This document shows, piece by piece, positions 1-12,059 of a DNA stretch of 64,000 bases (the first letter of the stretch is position 1; each line of letters starts with the position of its first letter). Below the pieces are notes generated by a model that saw nothing but the letters and a program-made list of their open reading frames with translations, was not told the DNA's origin and did not search any database. The stretch is from Lama glama (Eukaryota). A program made the translations under genes and the position numbers. The stretch lies in the NCBI GenBank assembly GCA_028534125.1, contig CM052816.1, positions 39,062,001-39,126,000 of the forward strand, given 5' to 3'.

Positions 1-817
1 AGAGTTCCAAAGAATGTTGTTATATGATGTTAAAATATGTACAAAGTATATACAGCCTTTAGAATCAAATTTCCTATCTAGTGGATTAAAAATGTCGTCA
101 ATGATATACAAAACTTGGGAAATAGGATGAAGAGTAAAAGTGAAAACACAGTAAAGCAGTTAGTAATCTCCAACCTATTATGGTGGATGGACCAAAAACA
201 CTACCAGTTTGCTATTTGCACATGAATGATGGATGGTGATTTACAGTGCTAAAATAAATCCAAATGACAATTTATCTACTAGATATTCTGCTTCCAATAC
301 TGTTTTGAATCAAGAAATTTACTAAAACAAGTGCCAGACTCTGAGTTCATTAATGTTAAACTGACACATCTGCCTTTTACCATATGATTCAACTCCAAAG
401 GGAAATGCAGGTAGAACCCTGGCCTCAGTTCAGAGAACAGCTTATAAAGGAGAGCTAAGCGCTGATCGCCAAGTCTTCTGAGTCCTTTGATAGGCTTCTG
501 GCATTTACTGCTTACTCTCTTGCCTTTCATGCCGAAGCTTTTGTCTCCTTTGAGGGTTTGTTCTAAGGAGCAGACACAAAGAAATATTTCCATATATCTG
601 GTTATGCCAGTTGCTCTGTCACATGTGGGATACCATTAACTTTGGGAATCCACCCATCTCATTACTGCACAAAGAACAATCAGCTCTGCAGATTTTCCCC
701 TGCAGACCACAGCAACATGTCCTCTGTGGAGAGAAGCATAAAAGCTCTCTGTCTCATCCTGAGAGAGGAGGATTTATTCTCCTTCTCTACATGAACCTGA
801 CAAGGGCATGCTTTAGC

Positions 818-1093
818 AGTACAGCTTTGACCCATGGGTTGCAGAACTGGACTAAATAACTGAGCACCTTGTGAAAGTCCTCTAGGAGATGTCTCTTCCA
901 AGACAATGTAGTACAACTTTGACCCATGGGTTGCAGAACTGGACTAAATAACTGAGTACCTTGTGAAAGTCCTCTAGGAGATGTCTCTTCCAAGACAATG
1001 TAGTACAGCTTTGACCCATGGGTTGCAGAACTGGACTAAATAACTGAGTACCTTGTGAAAGTCCTCTAGGAGATGTCTCTTCCAAGACAATGT
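818..1093. repeat. Tandem repeat, 3 x 92 bp
   Basis: Units start at 818, 910 and 1002 (agtacarctttgacccatgggttgcagaac...ttccaagacaatgt); only two variable positions among the copies. Confidence 0.97.
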
Positions 1094-1117
1094 GTGCTTC
1101 TTGAAAATGTATAAAGG

Positions 1118-1333
1118 AAAAGCTTTGGGCTTGAAATGAAAAGACATGATTTTGAATCTAATCCCACAGCTTGCTAGCTGTGCAAAATTAGGCAAGTGTC
1201 CTTTCAGAGTCTCCTTATAAAATGAGAATAATAGAGTTTACCCTCAGGCTGCTGTGGAGAAGTAATGAGATGGTATATGAGCAATAACCTGGCAACAATC
1301 CTGGTCCAAAAAAAGCTGCTCAATAAATGGCTA
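1118..1333 (+). mobile_element. MIR SINE, degenerate
   Basis: MIR-like core (ttgctagctgtg..taggcaagtg..tataaaatgagaataata) and tail (gctcaataaatgg). Confidence 0.7.
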
Positions 1334-1354
1334 AATCTGTCATGTTCTTAGTGG

Positions 1355-1575
1355 GCAACTGATAGAGGCCAGCCATTGTGCTAAGTGCTTTCCAGATACC
1401 ACGTCAATGAGTCCTCCCCACCATCTGGTGAGGGAGCCGTTGTTTATCCCTGTGGCTCTCAGGGAGAAATGAAAGCTGAGAGAATCAGATAACCTGCCCA
1501 AGTCACCCAACAGTAAGTATAAATCCTGGGATTTGAACTCATCTGATGACACACTCTTTCCTTTAGCCTGCACTG
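1355..1575 (-). mobile_element. MIR SINE, degenerate
   Basis: Reverse MIR hallmarks: gtgctaagtgcttt, taacctgcccaagtcacccaacagtaagt, gggatttgaactc. Confidence 0.75.
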
Positions 1576-3694
1576 GCTCTGAATTTGAAGTAGACAGTTA
1601 AAGAGCCATAAAAAAGGAATAGATTGGAACTCTACTGGGCTCCTGTCCTCATATCCTGGTTACTTGACACTTGTCCTACTTGACCCTTATTACTTGATAG
1701 TTCTCCAAGATCACTAGACTGTTTCTTGATCTGTTTTATTCTTTGTTGTTGTTATTATTATTAATGTATCAAGTACAGTCCCTGGAGTATAGTGGAACTT
1801 CAGTAAAAGGTTTTTGAATGATAATTTCATGTGCAGGGTGGAGATAAAAATGTGGAAGTTGCATGGAGGGAGTAAGGCCCACAATTGCTCAGGAGAGGAA
1901 GAATGATGAATGATTATGGGTTCAAACATGACTGTCCCCAAATTAGTAAAAACTTACAAGAGAGTTTTGGACTGCTAGGTCATTCCAAAGAGTCCTTAAA
2001 CCAAAAATTAGACTGGATACTAGCCCAAATCTGAAGCAAATGAGATAATTTGAATTTCTTTTATACTCCTTGTCAGACTGTCACTGATTTCATGATGCTA
2101 GTGTCTCTTCAGGTTTCTGGTGTACAAGTCAGTCCCAGGCCAATAATATCATGTATGAGCTATGGAGGTGCTCTTGGAATTGCAGCTATTTCAGAGTTAA
2201 AGGGAAATAATAGATAAAGTGATTGATGAGAATATTGCTGCTCTTGAAATGCCGTTGCAGGAGGGGATCTCTAGAACTAGAAAAATAAATCATAATAACA
2301 TTTCAAAATTGAGAGAAATCCTCATGGAAACTGGTAGTAACTTCATCCAGGGCTTTTGCTTAACAGAAGAGGGCTCTTCTCTTGAACACTGATTCTGACA
2401 TTTTTATCTTCCTTCCCCTTGTGGCACCTTATGATCTCTATCCAATAAAGGAGAAAAAAAACATAGAGAATAACTTGATTGCTGTTCTTATCAGCTGGAG
2501 ACATACCTGATGGGCAGGTTTAGGAGAAGGAGGAGAAAGCAGGGGCTGGAGTGAAGAGTTGGAAGCAGCTCACAAGATAATGGAAGAGAAGGAGATTATG
2601 GATACAGGTGTCTACCTAGAATTCAAAAAAGGGTTTTCAGATCTCATTCACTATTTTCTGGTAATCCCCTAACACTCATAGTTTCTGCTTTTTGAGGTAC
2701 TATTTTAATATAGATATGGAACACAAGTTTTATTTTCTACTTCTCAAGCTGGCATACTATTATTAGATTACAGTTTCTCAGTAAATAGCTTTAAAAAATT
2801 AGTCCTCTCCTTAGATTAACATGCTAGCAAATTATGCTTTTAAATTCTAGAGTTTCTTAGAAAAAAGTGTATTTTAGGTCTCTTTAATATTCGTAAGACT
2901 CAGGATTATAGGAAGAAGGTGGCATAGATTCAGTGGGGGAAAAAAACCAAATATTCTCTAACTTAATAATTATATACCTTGTATCCTGGCTCAGATCCTA
3001 TGAATAACTCATCTCATTCTCAAGACACATTTTTAAAATTATCTGGTACATAGAGAAGTATTCTTGGACCTGAATTTCTGTAACAAATATTTCCAAGTTC
3101 CTTTGCCTTTCTTCCCCACCAGCTCAGGCAGTTTTACATATTTGTGGTACTAGTCTTTTTGTTCCATTATTTAAAACAACCTGTAGCATATTTACATTTG
3201 TTGTGGTTGTAAATATGAATGCAAATACATTGTATCAGGAGACATTATTACTATCTAGATTCCCAACAAACAGAAGACAAAACTAAACAAAAGGATGTGC
3301 CCATTTCATTCTTGATGTCATGATGATATGTAGGGAGGATAAACAAATTAATGAAGGAAGGACAGCTGCTCCGTGAAGTCAAGACATCATTATTATTAAT
3401 TACCTTTATTCATTTTCAGACCATCTGTTTCCATACATGAGCACTTGTAGCCCAATTCTCTTTTCTCAGTGCCCCACAGTGTGTCTCTTATACATATTTA
3501 ATCTTCAGCTGATTTCAAAAGAGGCACATCTTGTAGAGATGGATGGTGCTGGCACAAAGGGAAAACATGAATCTATTTCTTTGATGATTGTTTCGTTTGA
3601 GATAAGATTATTCACTCATATTAAACTATTTTGACTACTTTGCTGCTGGTATTATGTTAGTATAGTTTTTTTGTTTGTTTCTTAAACTAAATAA

Positions 3695-3709
3695 TGCCAT
3701 CTGGTGGTG
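3695..3709 (-). promoter_or_regulatory. CTCF core motif (reverse orientation)
   Basis: Minus strand reads CACCACCAGATGGCA, matching CCASYAGRKGGCR; motif only, binding unverified. Confidence 0.55.
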
Positions 3710-4519
3710 AAAATAAATACATTGACATCTGGATGATATTTCTAGAATTTTTAAAGTTCCTTTTTGTATTGTAATAGCTTCATTACTATAATAATTTTAA
3801 TGAATTGACTGAGATCATTGGGAAGTAAAGTGAAGATTTGACACATCAGATAATAATAAGTAATTTGTAATAATCTAGCCAGATCGAAGTATATCCTGAC
3901 AAAATTCCCAACTCAAAAGTTCTTTCCACCCATAAAGACTGATGAGAAACTAAGATAATTGTGTAAAGCTATGAAGATGGTTCTCATTTTAAATAACCAG
4001 AGTGGTAATTTCCTGGTATCTGATGTTAACATTTCCTCTATGGTCATACATAAAAAAAAGAGATACGCCTATGAAATTCAGGGCTGTTATTGTGAGTGAA
4101 GAGATACGATGCTTTTACTGATTCTCTCTAAATTTGCTCACTCCTGGAATCCAGTCATGTCTGAAACCTAAGGGAACAGGCTTGCTGGAAGGTTTTTTGT
4201 TGTTGTTTTTGGATTTTGTTTTTGCATGAGAGTCTGAAGAGCCTGCTATATGAACTCAGTGGGGCTGAGAATGAAACTGGAGATCAACGTAAATGAAAAA
4301 CTACATTTTACTCATCTTTTCTACCCTTTAAGGACTAAAGTATGTCCTAAGAGAGAACTTTCCAAAATGGGAAATGACTCCGGGCAATAAACTTGTTTCC
4401 TCTGTCTTTTGTTTCACTGAAAATTAGCTTTTTCTGGGAGGACAGGGAATAGGTCTGACACAAGACAGTGTTCACTAAGTGTTAGTTGAATTAAAACAAA
4501 ATGAAGAATGCTTCTTACC

Positions 4520-5960
4520 TTGCAGCCCTCATAGCAGGAGACTTCAACCAAAATGATGTTTCTAATATGCCAATCTGCCACCTCACCCCCTTGCTTAAAA
4601 ATCCTTCACTGGCTTCAAAATCAAGTCCAGACTCTTCACAAGGTCATTCACCATCTGGTCCCTGTGTGCTTTTCTTGACACATACTCCTGTCTTTCTTCA
4701 CTCCTCTGCTTCATTTCTCTGCCCTGATACAAACGTGTGTGCTTGTTCAGGCATGTGCATGTACACACACACACACACACACAGTTTGAATAGGTCTACA
4801 TAGAGACTACTTGCCGTTCCCCAAGGCCACTACATTCTGCCAAGCTTTTGCTGACCGAAACACCCTTCTCACTTTACCTGGTGAACTCTTTTTTTTTAAA
4901 AATTGAAGTATAGTCAGTTTACAGTGTTCTGTCAATTTCTGGCACACAGCATAAGGCCTCGGTCATGCATATATATTCCTTTTCATGTTCTTTTCCATTA
5001 TAGGCTACCACTAGATACTGAATATATAGTATAAACTTGTTTATTCTATATATAGTATATAGTATCTGCAAATCTCTAACTCCCAGTTTACTCCTTCCCA
5101 CCCCCTTTACTCCTTGGTTTGTTTTCTGTGTCTGTGAGTCTGCCTCTGTTCTGTGAATAAGTTCATTTGTATCTCTTTTTTTTTTGGATTCCACATGTAA
5201 GTGATATCATATGGTATTTTTCTTTCTCTTTCTGGCTTACTTCACTTACAATGATGATCTCCAGGTCCATCCTTGTTGCTGCAGATGGCGTTATTTTATT
5301 CTTTTTGTGGCTGAGTAGTATTCCATTGTATAAATATACCACAACTTCTTTATCCAGTCATCTGTCAATGGAAATTTAGGTTGTTTTCATGTCTTGGCTA
5401 TTGTAAATAGTGCTGCTATGAACATTGGGGTGAATGTGTCTTTTCGAGTTAGAGTTCCCTCCAGATAAATGCCCAGGGGTGGGATGGCTGCATCATATGG
5501 TAAGTCTAATTTTGTTTTCTTAAGGAATCTCCATACTGTTTTCCATAATGGCTGCACCAAACTACATTCCCACCAGCAGTGTAGGAGGGTTCCCTTTTCT
5601 CCACCCTCTCTCCAGTATTTATTATTTGGGGACTTTTTAAGGATGGCCATTCTGACTGGTTACCTGGTGAACTCTTAATCATTTAAAAATATTTAACGCA
5701 AACACGACCTCTGCTATGAGCCTTATCTTGACATTCTCTTATGGACAGTAGTGTTTTTTTCTCTGTGTTCGAAAAAACCTCATAAACACATTCCAATATA
5801 ATACAGTTACTCTGCTAAAACTGTTTCCATGGACATCTTCACTAACTGTGTTTCTCAAGAGCAGTAAATGTATTTTATTTTCTTAATTATATTTGCTGTT
5901 TTAGATGGTAACTGACTCCATTAAGCACTTATTAAGTGCTTGTTAAAGGCATGTATGATG
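4520..5960 (+). mobile_element. L2 LINE relic split by an L1 insertion
   Basis: L2-like cccccttgcttaaaaatccttcactggcttc...aaatcaagtccagactc on the left; L2-like 3' end (aagcacttattaagtgcttgttaa) on the right of the L1. Confidence 0.6.
4891..5659 (-). mobile_element. 5'-truncated L1 (ORF2 C-terminus + 3' UTR), lineage-specific
   Basis: Perfect 17-bp TSD ttacctggtgaactctt (4874-4890, 5660-5676); poly-T tail; ORF 5387-5650 encodes L1 ORF2 C-terminal motifs [20 protein letters not shown] and MFIAALFTIAK. Confidence 0.95.
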
Positions 5961-6019
5961 AGTGTTAGAAGTGAAGCTTCAACTGCTGATCTTTCTTACT
6001 CAACCCACTCTAACAGCTT

Positions 6020-6358
6020 CATATGACTAGCTTCTTGTGACTGAACAATATATGTGGCACTTCCCTGCTACTTCCTTGTTAGAATACTCCTTGCTCTTCA
6101 TTTCCTTTGCCTTTCTTGCTTCATACTAACTGGGAAATGGTGACAACTGAGCAGTCTTGAACCCAGAAGTGAAAACTAACCTTGAAGTTGGCTGAGCTAC
6201 CCTGACAGCCTGGTATCCTACATAACCTTGGTGACCTGAGCCACCAGACCACCCTACTCTGAGTTGTCATATTAGAGAAAAATTACTTTCTGCCGTATTT
6301 AAGCCATAATATTTTGGGATCTCTTTATTAGAGCAACTCAGCTTTTACCCTAAGTAAT
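6020..6358 (+). mobile_element. Old MLT1-type (MaLR) LTR fragment
   Basis: MLT1-type 3' end: gagaaaaattactttct..tttaagccataatattttggg..ccctaagtaata. Confidence 0.55.
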
Positions 6359-7769
6359 ATGGTTAAAATGGAAGCTATTTTCTATGATACTGAAGCTTTA
6401 TTTTCCTAGTTTTGTACCACAGAAAATTTTTTCCATTTTTATTTTGTAGTAAGGTACAACCTGAAAATATATCATGAGAAATGTTTAAATACTACTTTTA
6501 ATGATGAGCTACAAGATTATATCAGATTTCTCAAATCATACTCCATTATCACTCATTGCCTGTTGAGTGTAAATCATAATCAAAAACAAAGGTAAAACAT
6601 CCAACAATCTCAAAGAACAGAAACTTTCCTTATAATTTTTTATAAGATCCTGTATTCTTAAGACTCTCCATTACTCTCAGTTTCTGTATCTCCTTTACAC
6701 CCTAAGGATCTGATCAGTTTCAAGCTCAACCTTGTCTCATCTAGGAAAATCTTGACCTTGGGTAGGAGAGTTGAAGGAATTCCAGATCAAGAGTCAGGTA
6801 TTAATTGCCAGCAGGTACTTGCCCTCAGCATCAATTCAGATTACTGTATTTTCTAGTCTGAAAACCCAATATCCATCCTTCTGTCTGTCTCTGATATCTG
6901 CAATCATGTTTTAGAAAACTGAATGGTAACCCAAATACTCTAAGACTGGAGTTCTTTCCTTGCAGTTGCCAGTGACCTCTGTCAGGATACAATTTCTTGA
7001 TCCAGATTATATGACTTAGTGCTTGACATGCTTATTAAAAAAAACCCCACTCTCTGGTAATTTTCCTCCAGTGAGGACCACTGGATGTCTGTTGTTATTG
7101 TCTGTATGTATCATCTTTTACTCATCACAAGGCTATCATTATACCTGCAATCTGGTTTTGTCTCCTGTTCTACCCCAGTGCCTGATGCTCAGGTGAAAAA
7201 AGAACCCGTTTTAGTATTCCTTTGTTCACTGGCATTAATGCCTCAGTAGTGATAATGTTCTGAGATAGGATGCTGTTGGTGAATGGCTTCATTTTGTCTC
7301 TGCCCTGTATATCTTGCCTTTTTTTCCCCCATAAATTACTCCTTTTTTTCCCTTTTATTACCAGCATCTCTTCCATCCAGCAAGGCTAGATGGAGCAATC
7401 AAATGTCTCTCTTCTTACTGCTTTTGCCTTTATAAGGGTGGGCATGTGAGTTGTGCTGACCAGTAAGAGGCCTTCTTTCACTGGGAGTATCAGTTGATCA
7501 AAGGATGGGAAATGACTTAATCAAGGCCCCAGTATCTTTTCAGGGACTGATATAATTGCTAAAGGAGACAGAGTTTTCCTCTCTCCTTCTGAGGTTATGA
7601 GCAGTAAAGTCATTTAAACCTGGAGATGCTAGTGGCCCCAAAATGGAAAATGGCTTCCTCATAACATCTTTTGAACAATTAAACTAAAATTTTTTTTTCT
7701 GCTGCTGCCAATAAATATCCAACAAACTTGAGCTAGTTTTCTTTCATTTGCAAGGAAAGCAGGGTAGAA

Positions 7770-7973
7770 CAAGGGTTGCAAACTATGACCCCATCATCTG
7801 TTTTCATAAATAAAGCTTTACTGGAACACAGGTACATCTGCTTGTTGGCATATTGTCTGTAGTTTCTATCCCACCACAACAGCAGAGTTGAGTAGTTGTG
7901 ACAGAAATTGTATGGCCCACACAACCTAAAAAATTTACTGTCTTGCCCTTTACAGCAAAAGTTTGCAACTTTG
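7770..7973 (+). mobile_element. MER58A-like hAT-Charlie MITE
   Basis: Terminal inverted repeats caagggttgcaaact / agtttgcaactttg; internal aataaagctttactggaacacag and gcagagttgagtagttgtgacaga. Confidence 0.85.
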
Positions 7974-8379
7974 GTTGCTTTTAAAATAGATTTTCTTAAA
8001 GGAACTCTTTCTTTTTGAACAATTTGAAGCATTTTCAAGTAGAATGATTTTTTTATTTTTCCATAAGCATTATGTCTTTTCTGAAGTGGGAAAAGAATTT
8101 TTTTTAAATGGCTTGAAGGTGTGATTCAAAGTGTGGGACTGAATAATAGGCAATTTTTGTATTGTTGTTTTGTGCTTGCATTAAGCTTTGCTGATTGTTA
8201 AGTACTTCTATACATTTGCCTTAGTATAATCAAGTTAGGTATGCCTTAAGAATTCTGAACCTTGTAACAAGGCATGTACTAGAGGTGCAGTTTATTTCTG
8301 AGGTTATATTGGTCCTTTCTGCACCTTACATTTGTAAAACCCATTCATAACCTGGGTAATGTATAATGACTAACTCATC

Positions 8380-8703
8380 TAGGGTTGGCCAGTATGATAA
8401 CCACTAACCACATGTGACTACTGATAACTGAAATGAGCCAGTCTGAATTGAGATTTGCTAATGGTGCAAAGTACACAACTGATTTTAGACCTACCATGAA
8501 GAAAAAAGGAATGTAAAGTATCTCAGTGGTAAGTTTTTTAATGTTTATTAAATGTTGAAATAATAATACTTTGGATATGCTGAATTAACAAAAATATACT
8601 ATTGAAATTATTTTTACTTATATCTTTCAAACTTTTAAAAATGGATACTAAAAAATTAAATTTACATTTGTGGCTCACATTATCTTTCTGTTAAACAATG
8701 CTG
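8380..8703. mobile_element. MER33-like hAT-Charlie element
   Basis: ccactaaccacatgtg..tgaattgagat..aatgtaaagtatctc..gtggctcacattat..aacaatgctg; ~324 bp. Confidence 0.75.
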
Positions 8704-8884
8704 ACCCAGAAATTACAGAAGCACATAGGATGACTGAAGATTAAAATAAACTCTCATAATTTTTAAAGTATTTTAAATCTTTTTTATAGAATAACATCTT
8801 TTGTTATTATTTTCCATTCTCTAGAGAAATAGGAAATAATGAATATAGATTATGAATATGCACATAGTATTGAATAAATATTTA

Positions 8885-11143
8885 CAATTGACCCTTAAAC
8901 AATATAGAAGTTAAGGGTGCCAACCCCCCACGCAGTTGCAAATCCATGTATAACTTTTGACTCCCCCAAAACTTACCTACTAATAGCCTACTGTTGACTG
9001 AAGTCCTTGTCAATAATATAGTCGATTAACACATATTTTGTATGTTGTATGTATTATATACTGTTTTCTTACAATAAAATAAGCTAGAGAAAAGAAAATG
9101 TTAGTAAGCAAATCATAAGAAGACAAAAATACATTTGTAGTACTGTACATACCATAAGTTTATGAGTTTACTTTGCTGTTTACAAGATGAATTGTCTGTC
9201 AGCACCTATATCAATATTGTCTTATATGATACAAGGCACTGTAGATGTTACATATTACTAACACTAGATATCAAAAAAGAAAAGATAATGTGAAAAAGAA
9301 ATTCATTTTTATTTACAGGTGTAATGATTCATGCATTAATAAGGAAGCAACAGCAATATGGTTGCTTTATAGTAGCCTAGTGTAACTGATCTGTTTCACA
9401 GAGGCCTAATCCATACACTAATGAATAAATCATCATAAAATTTTTATGGTATACAGTATTATAGTCATGATCAAAATGCAGTATTGAAAACATTGTCATT
9501 TTTTTAAAGCCACTTACCTTAAAGATAGGCTGATATGCATTTCCTCTAATTACAAGAGAGAGAAGCTATTATATAGTAATCTAATTCTTCAAAAGCAAAG
9601 TTAGTTATTATATTATTAATTTTATATTAAATATCACTCACCTTAATCCTATGTAAGTATAGGCTACCCACTTTAATACAAGTCTTACATACAATGTCCT
9701 ACACAATAAGTACTTAGGCGATGATAATGTTGGTGGCAAAAACTTATCATACAGTTCTTGTGGTAGGTACAGCTATTAGATTGAATACACTGCAGTGTAG
9801 TCTGTTAACCATACAGCATGAGGATGATTTACTATTCATTAAGTAGAAGTGGATCATCATAAAGATCTTCATCCTTGTCATCTATATACTGAATGGGCTG
9901 AGGAGGAGAAGGAAGAGGAGGGGTTGGTCTTCCTTGTCTCAGAGGTGGCAGAAGTGGAATTCATGGAGGAGGTGGAAGGGGATACAGGAGAGACAGGTAC
10001 ACTTGGTGCTACTTTGTGGATACATCCTAATTTCTGTCTGACTTTTTTGATTTTTCATTTCTCTAAAAAGTTTCTATATGATCCAATCCTTCTTCCACTG
10101 TCTGCTTTAGTTTTAGTTGTCTATATCATAGAAGGATCCATGTCATAAAAGAAGTCAAAAAGTGATCTTGAATAATTAGAGCCCTTCTGCCAGACTGTGT
10201 AATGTCAGTTTGTTTTCTGGCACTCCTTTTTCTACATCATCTTCCTTCCCTCCTGGCACTGGTTGAGAAGTGCTCATCTCCATCAAGTCATCTTCTGTTA
10301 ATTCCTCTGATGTGGTGTCTGTTAGCTCTTGAATTTCTTCAAGATCCCTATCTTGAAACCCTTCAGCCCCCACCTTTTTTTTTTTTTTTTGCCATACCCT
10401 CAATCTCTTTCACGATTTCTTTGATTGGCTCTGTCATAAATCCTGTGAAATCATGAAAAACATCTAGACACAATTCTCTCCAACAGGAATTTATTGTTTT
10501 GGGTTTGGTGGCTTTTACAACTTTATCTAGAACGATGATGGTATCTTTCAATGGTATAATCCCTCAAGACTTCCATAATATTTTCTCTATTGTTTTTTCC
10601 CCCCATAATGTTGACAGTCTTTTCCATAGAGTACCTTATTTATCTTGAAATAGTGGGCAACTGTAGCTGCAGACCTCAATCTGCATATTAAGCAATTCAA
10701 CTTTTTCTTGTAATGTTGTAACTTTTCCCTGCTTCCAAGGAGCACTTTCAGCATCGCTAGTGGCACTTTGTATGGGTCCCATGGTGTTATTCAGGGTTTA
10801 CAGTGTTGCACTAAACGTGATGAAATGAGAGACAGCAAGAGATCATTTTTTACTGCAATACACAATTTACTGGAGAGACGAACTGCTCATGCAGAGATGA
10901 TTAGTACCACCCTGCGTTTTAAGTGGATACTCACAACACTTGAGCTCACTACAGTAGCAACAGGAGGTGACTATGAAATTATTATATTAGTACAATACGT
11001 ACTGCAGTTAGTTTTGTGCAGTTATGATGTGATACTGCATCTTTATGTTTGTTTACATTTCTCTTGACTGTGAATGGTGCCATGTACAGTCTGTCAGTGT
11101 TTGTGTAAGTTTTGATACATTTTAATTTTTTATAATAGATTTG
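8885..11143 (-). mobile_element. Tigger2-family (pogo/TcMar) DNA transposon, internally deleted, one TIR retained
   Basis: TA followed by TIR-like caattgacccttaaacaa at 8883-8902; minus-strand transposase remnants (KVTTLQEKVELL; INSCWRELC..HDFTGF; EGFQDRDLEEIQEL..EELTEDDLMEM) with frameshifts. Confidence 0.88.
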
Positions 11144-12059
11144 TTCTGTGAAATTTCTTATGGTGAAAAATATAGATTTATTTTCCTTCCTATTCACTTG
11201 GCGTGTTGTCATACCAAAATTGATGTCTCCAAAAGGGGGGTGATGGTTGAAATTGAAGGTGTTCAAAAGTTCCAACCAAATGGCTCTCCTCTAGATTTGT
11301 TTGATTAATTTATGTTAATTTCTATTTTAAATTTAAAAGTACCGATAATGCCTGAAGTGAATAGTGAATGCCCTTTTCCTTCTAAATGAAAGCAAAATTC
11401 TGGAAAGCATAATGAATTCAGTACACACTTTATGTATTCCATTCACATCTCAATGAGTTTAGCGTGTGTGTTATAAGTGTGTCATTTTTGAGAAAGAAAG
11501 ATGCTGTTAGGATATGAACGCGTGGCCTCAAACGCCATATACCTCAGTTCAAAAGTACAAAAGCAGAATTTTTAGCTTCCTATTGAACCTTTGTGGTGGC
11601 AAAAGTTATTTGCTATTAGAGATGAACAGAAATCTAATAGTCATCTGACAATTTTCCAATCATTTCTATGCACCATGACCTTTTGGTGAAATAGATAACA
11701 TATAAATCATGCACTGTATATTACTTAAGAATTTTAAAATAGACTCATAATACAGTCAGTATGGTTTAGATATTAACAGGCCCCTGACTAAACAAAGGCT
11801 AAATGCTTTCTTTTGCATTTGTTATTTCAAAGAACAGCATGTGTATCATGCAAAGTTGTTTAGTCTGTATAATTTATAATTTGAAAAGATTAGTCAATGG
11901 TCATGGAGAATGTATTGAAAAAATTTAATAATAAATCATTTAGATTTGTTTTAGATCATAAAATACTTACCTAGACACTGAATTGCAACAAAACAGATTT
12001 TGCAAAAGTGTCATTAAGCTGCAAAGAATTTTTAAAATTTTAGAAGTTTTCATTGTGGG

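Noticed and set aside
818..1093. CRISPR-like array
   Set aside because: Units are contiguous with no unique spacers, there are no cas genes, and the context is mammalian.
680..1195. Overlapping minus-strand ORFs with repeated peptides
   Set aside because: By-product of the 92-bp repeat (not a multiple of 3), which echoes the same peptides in different frames.
9849..11275. Domesticated TIGD/CENP-B-like gene
   Set aside because: Transposase is frameshifted and lacks its central region; the plus-strand ORFs are antisense noise.
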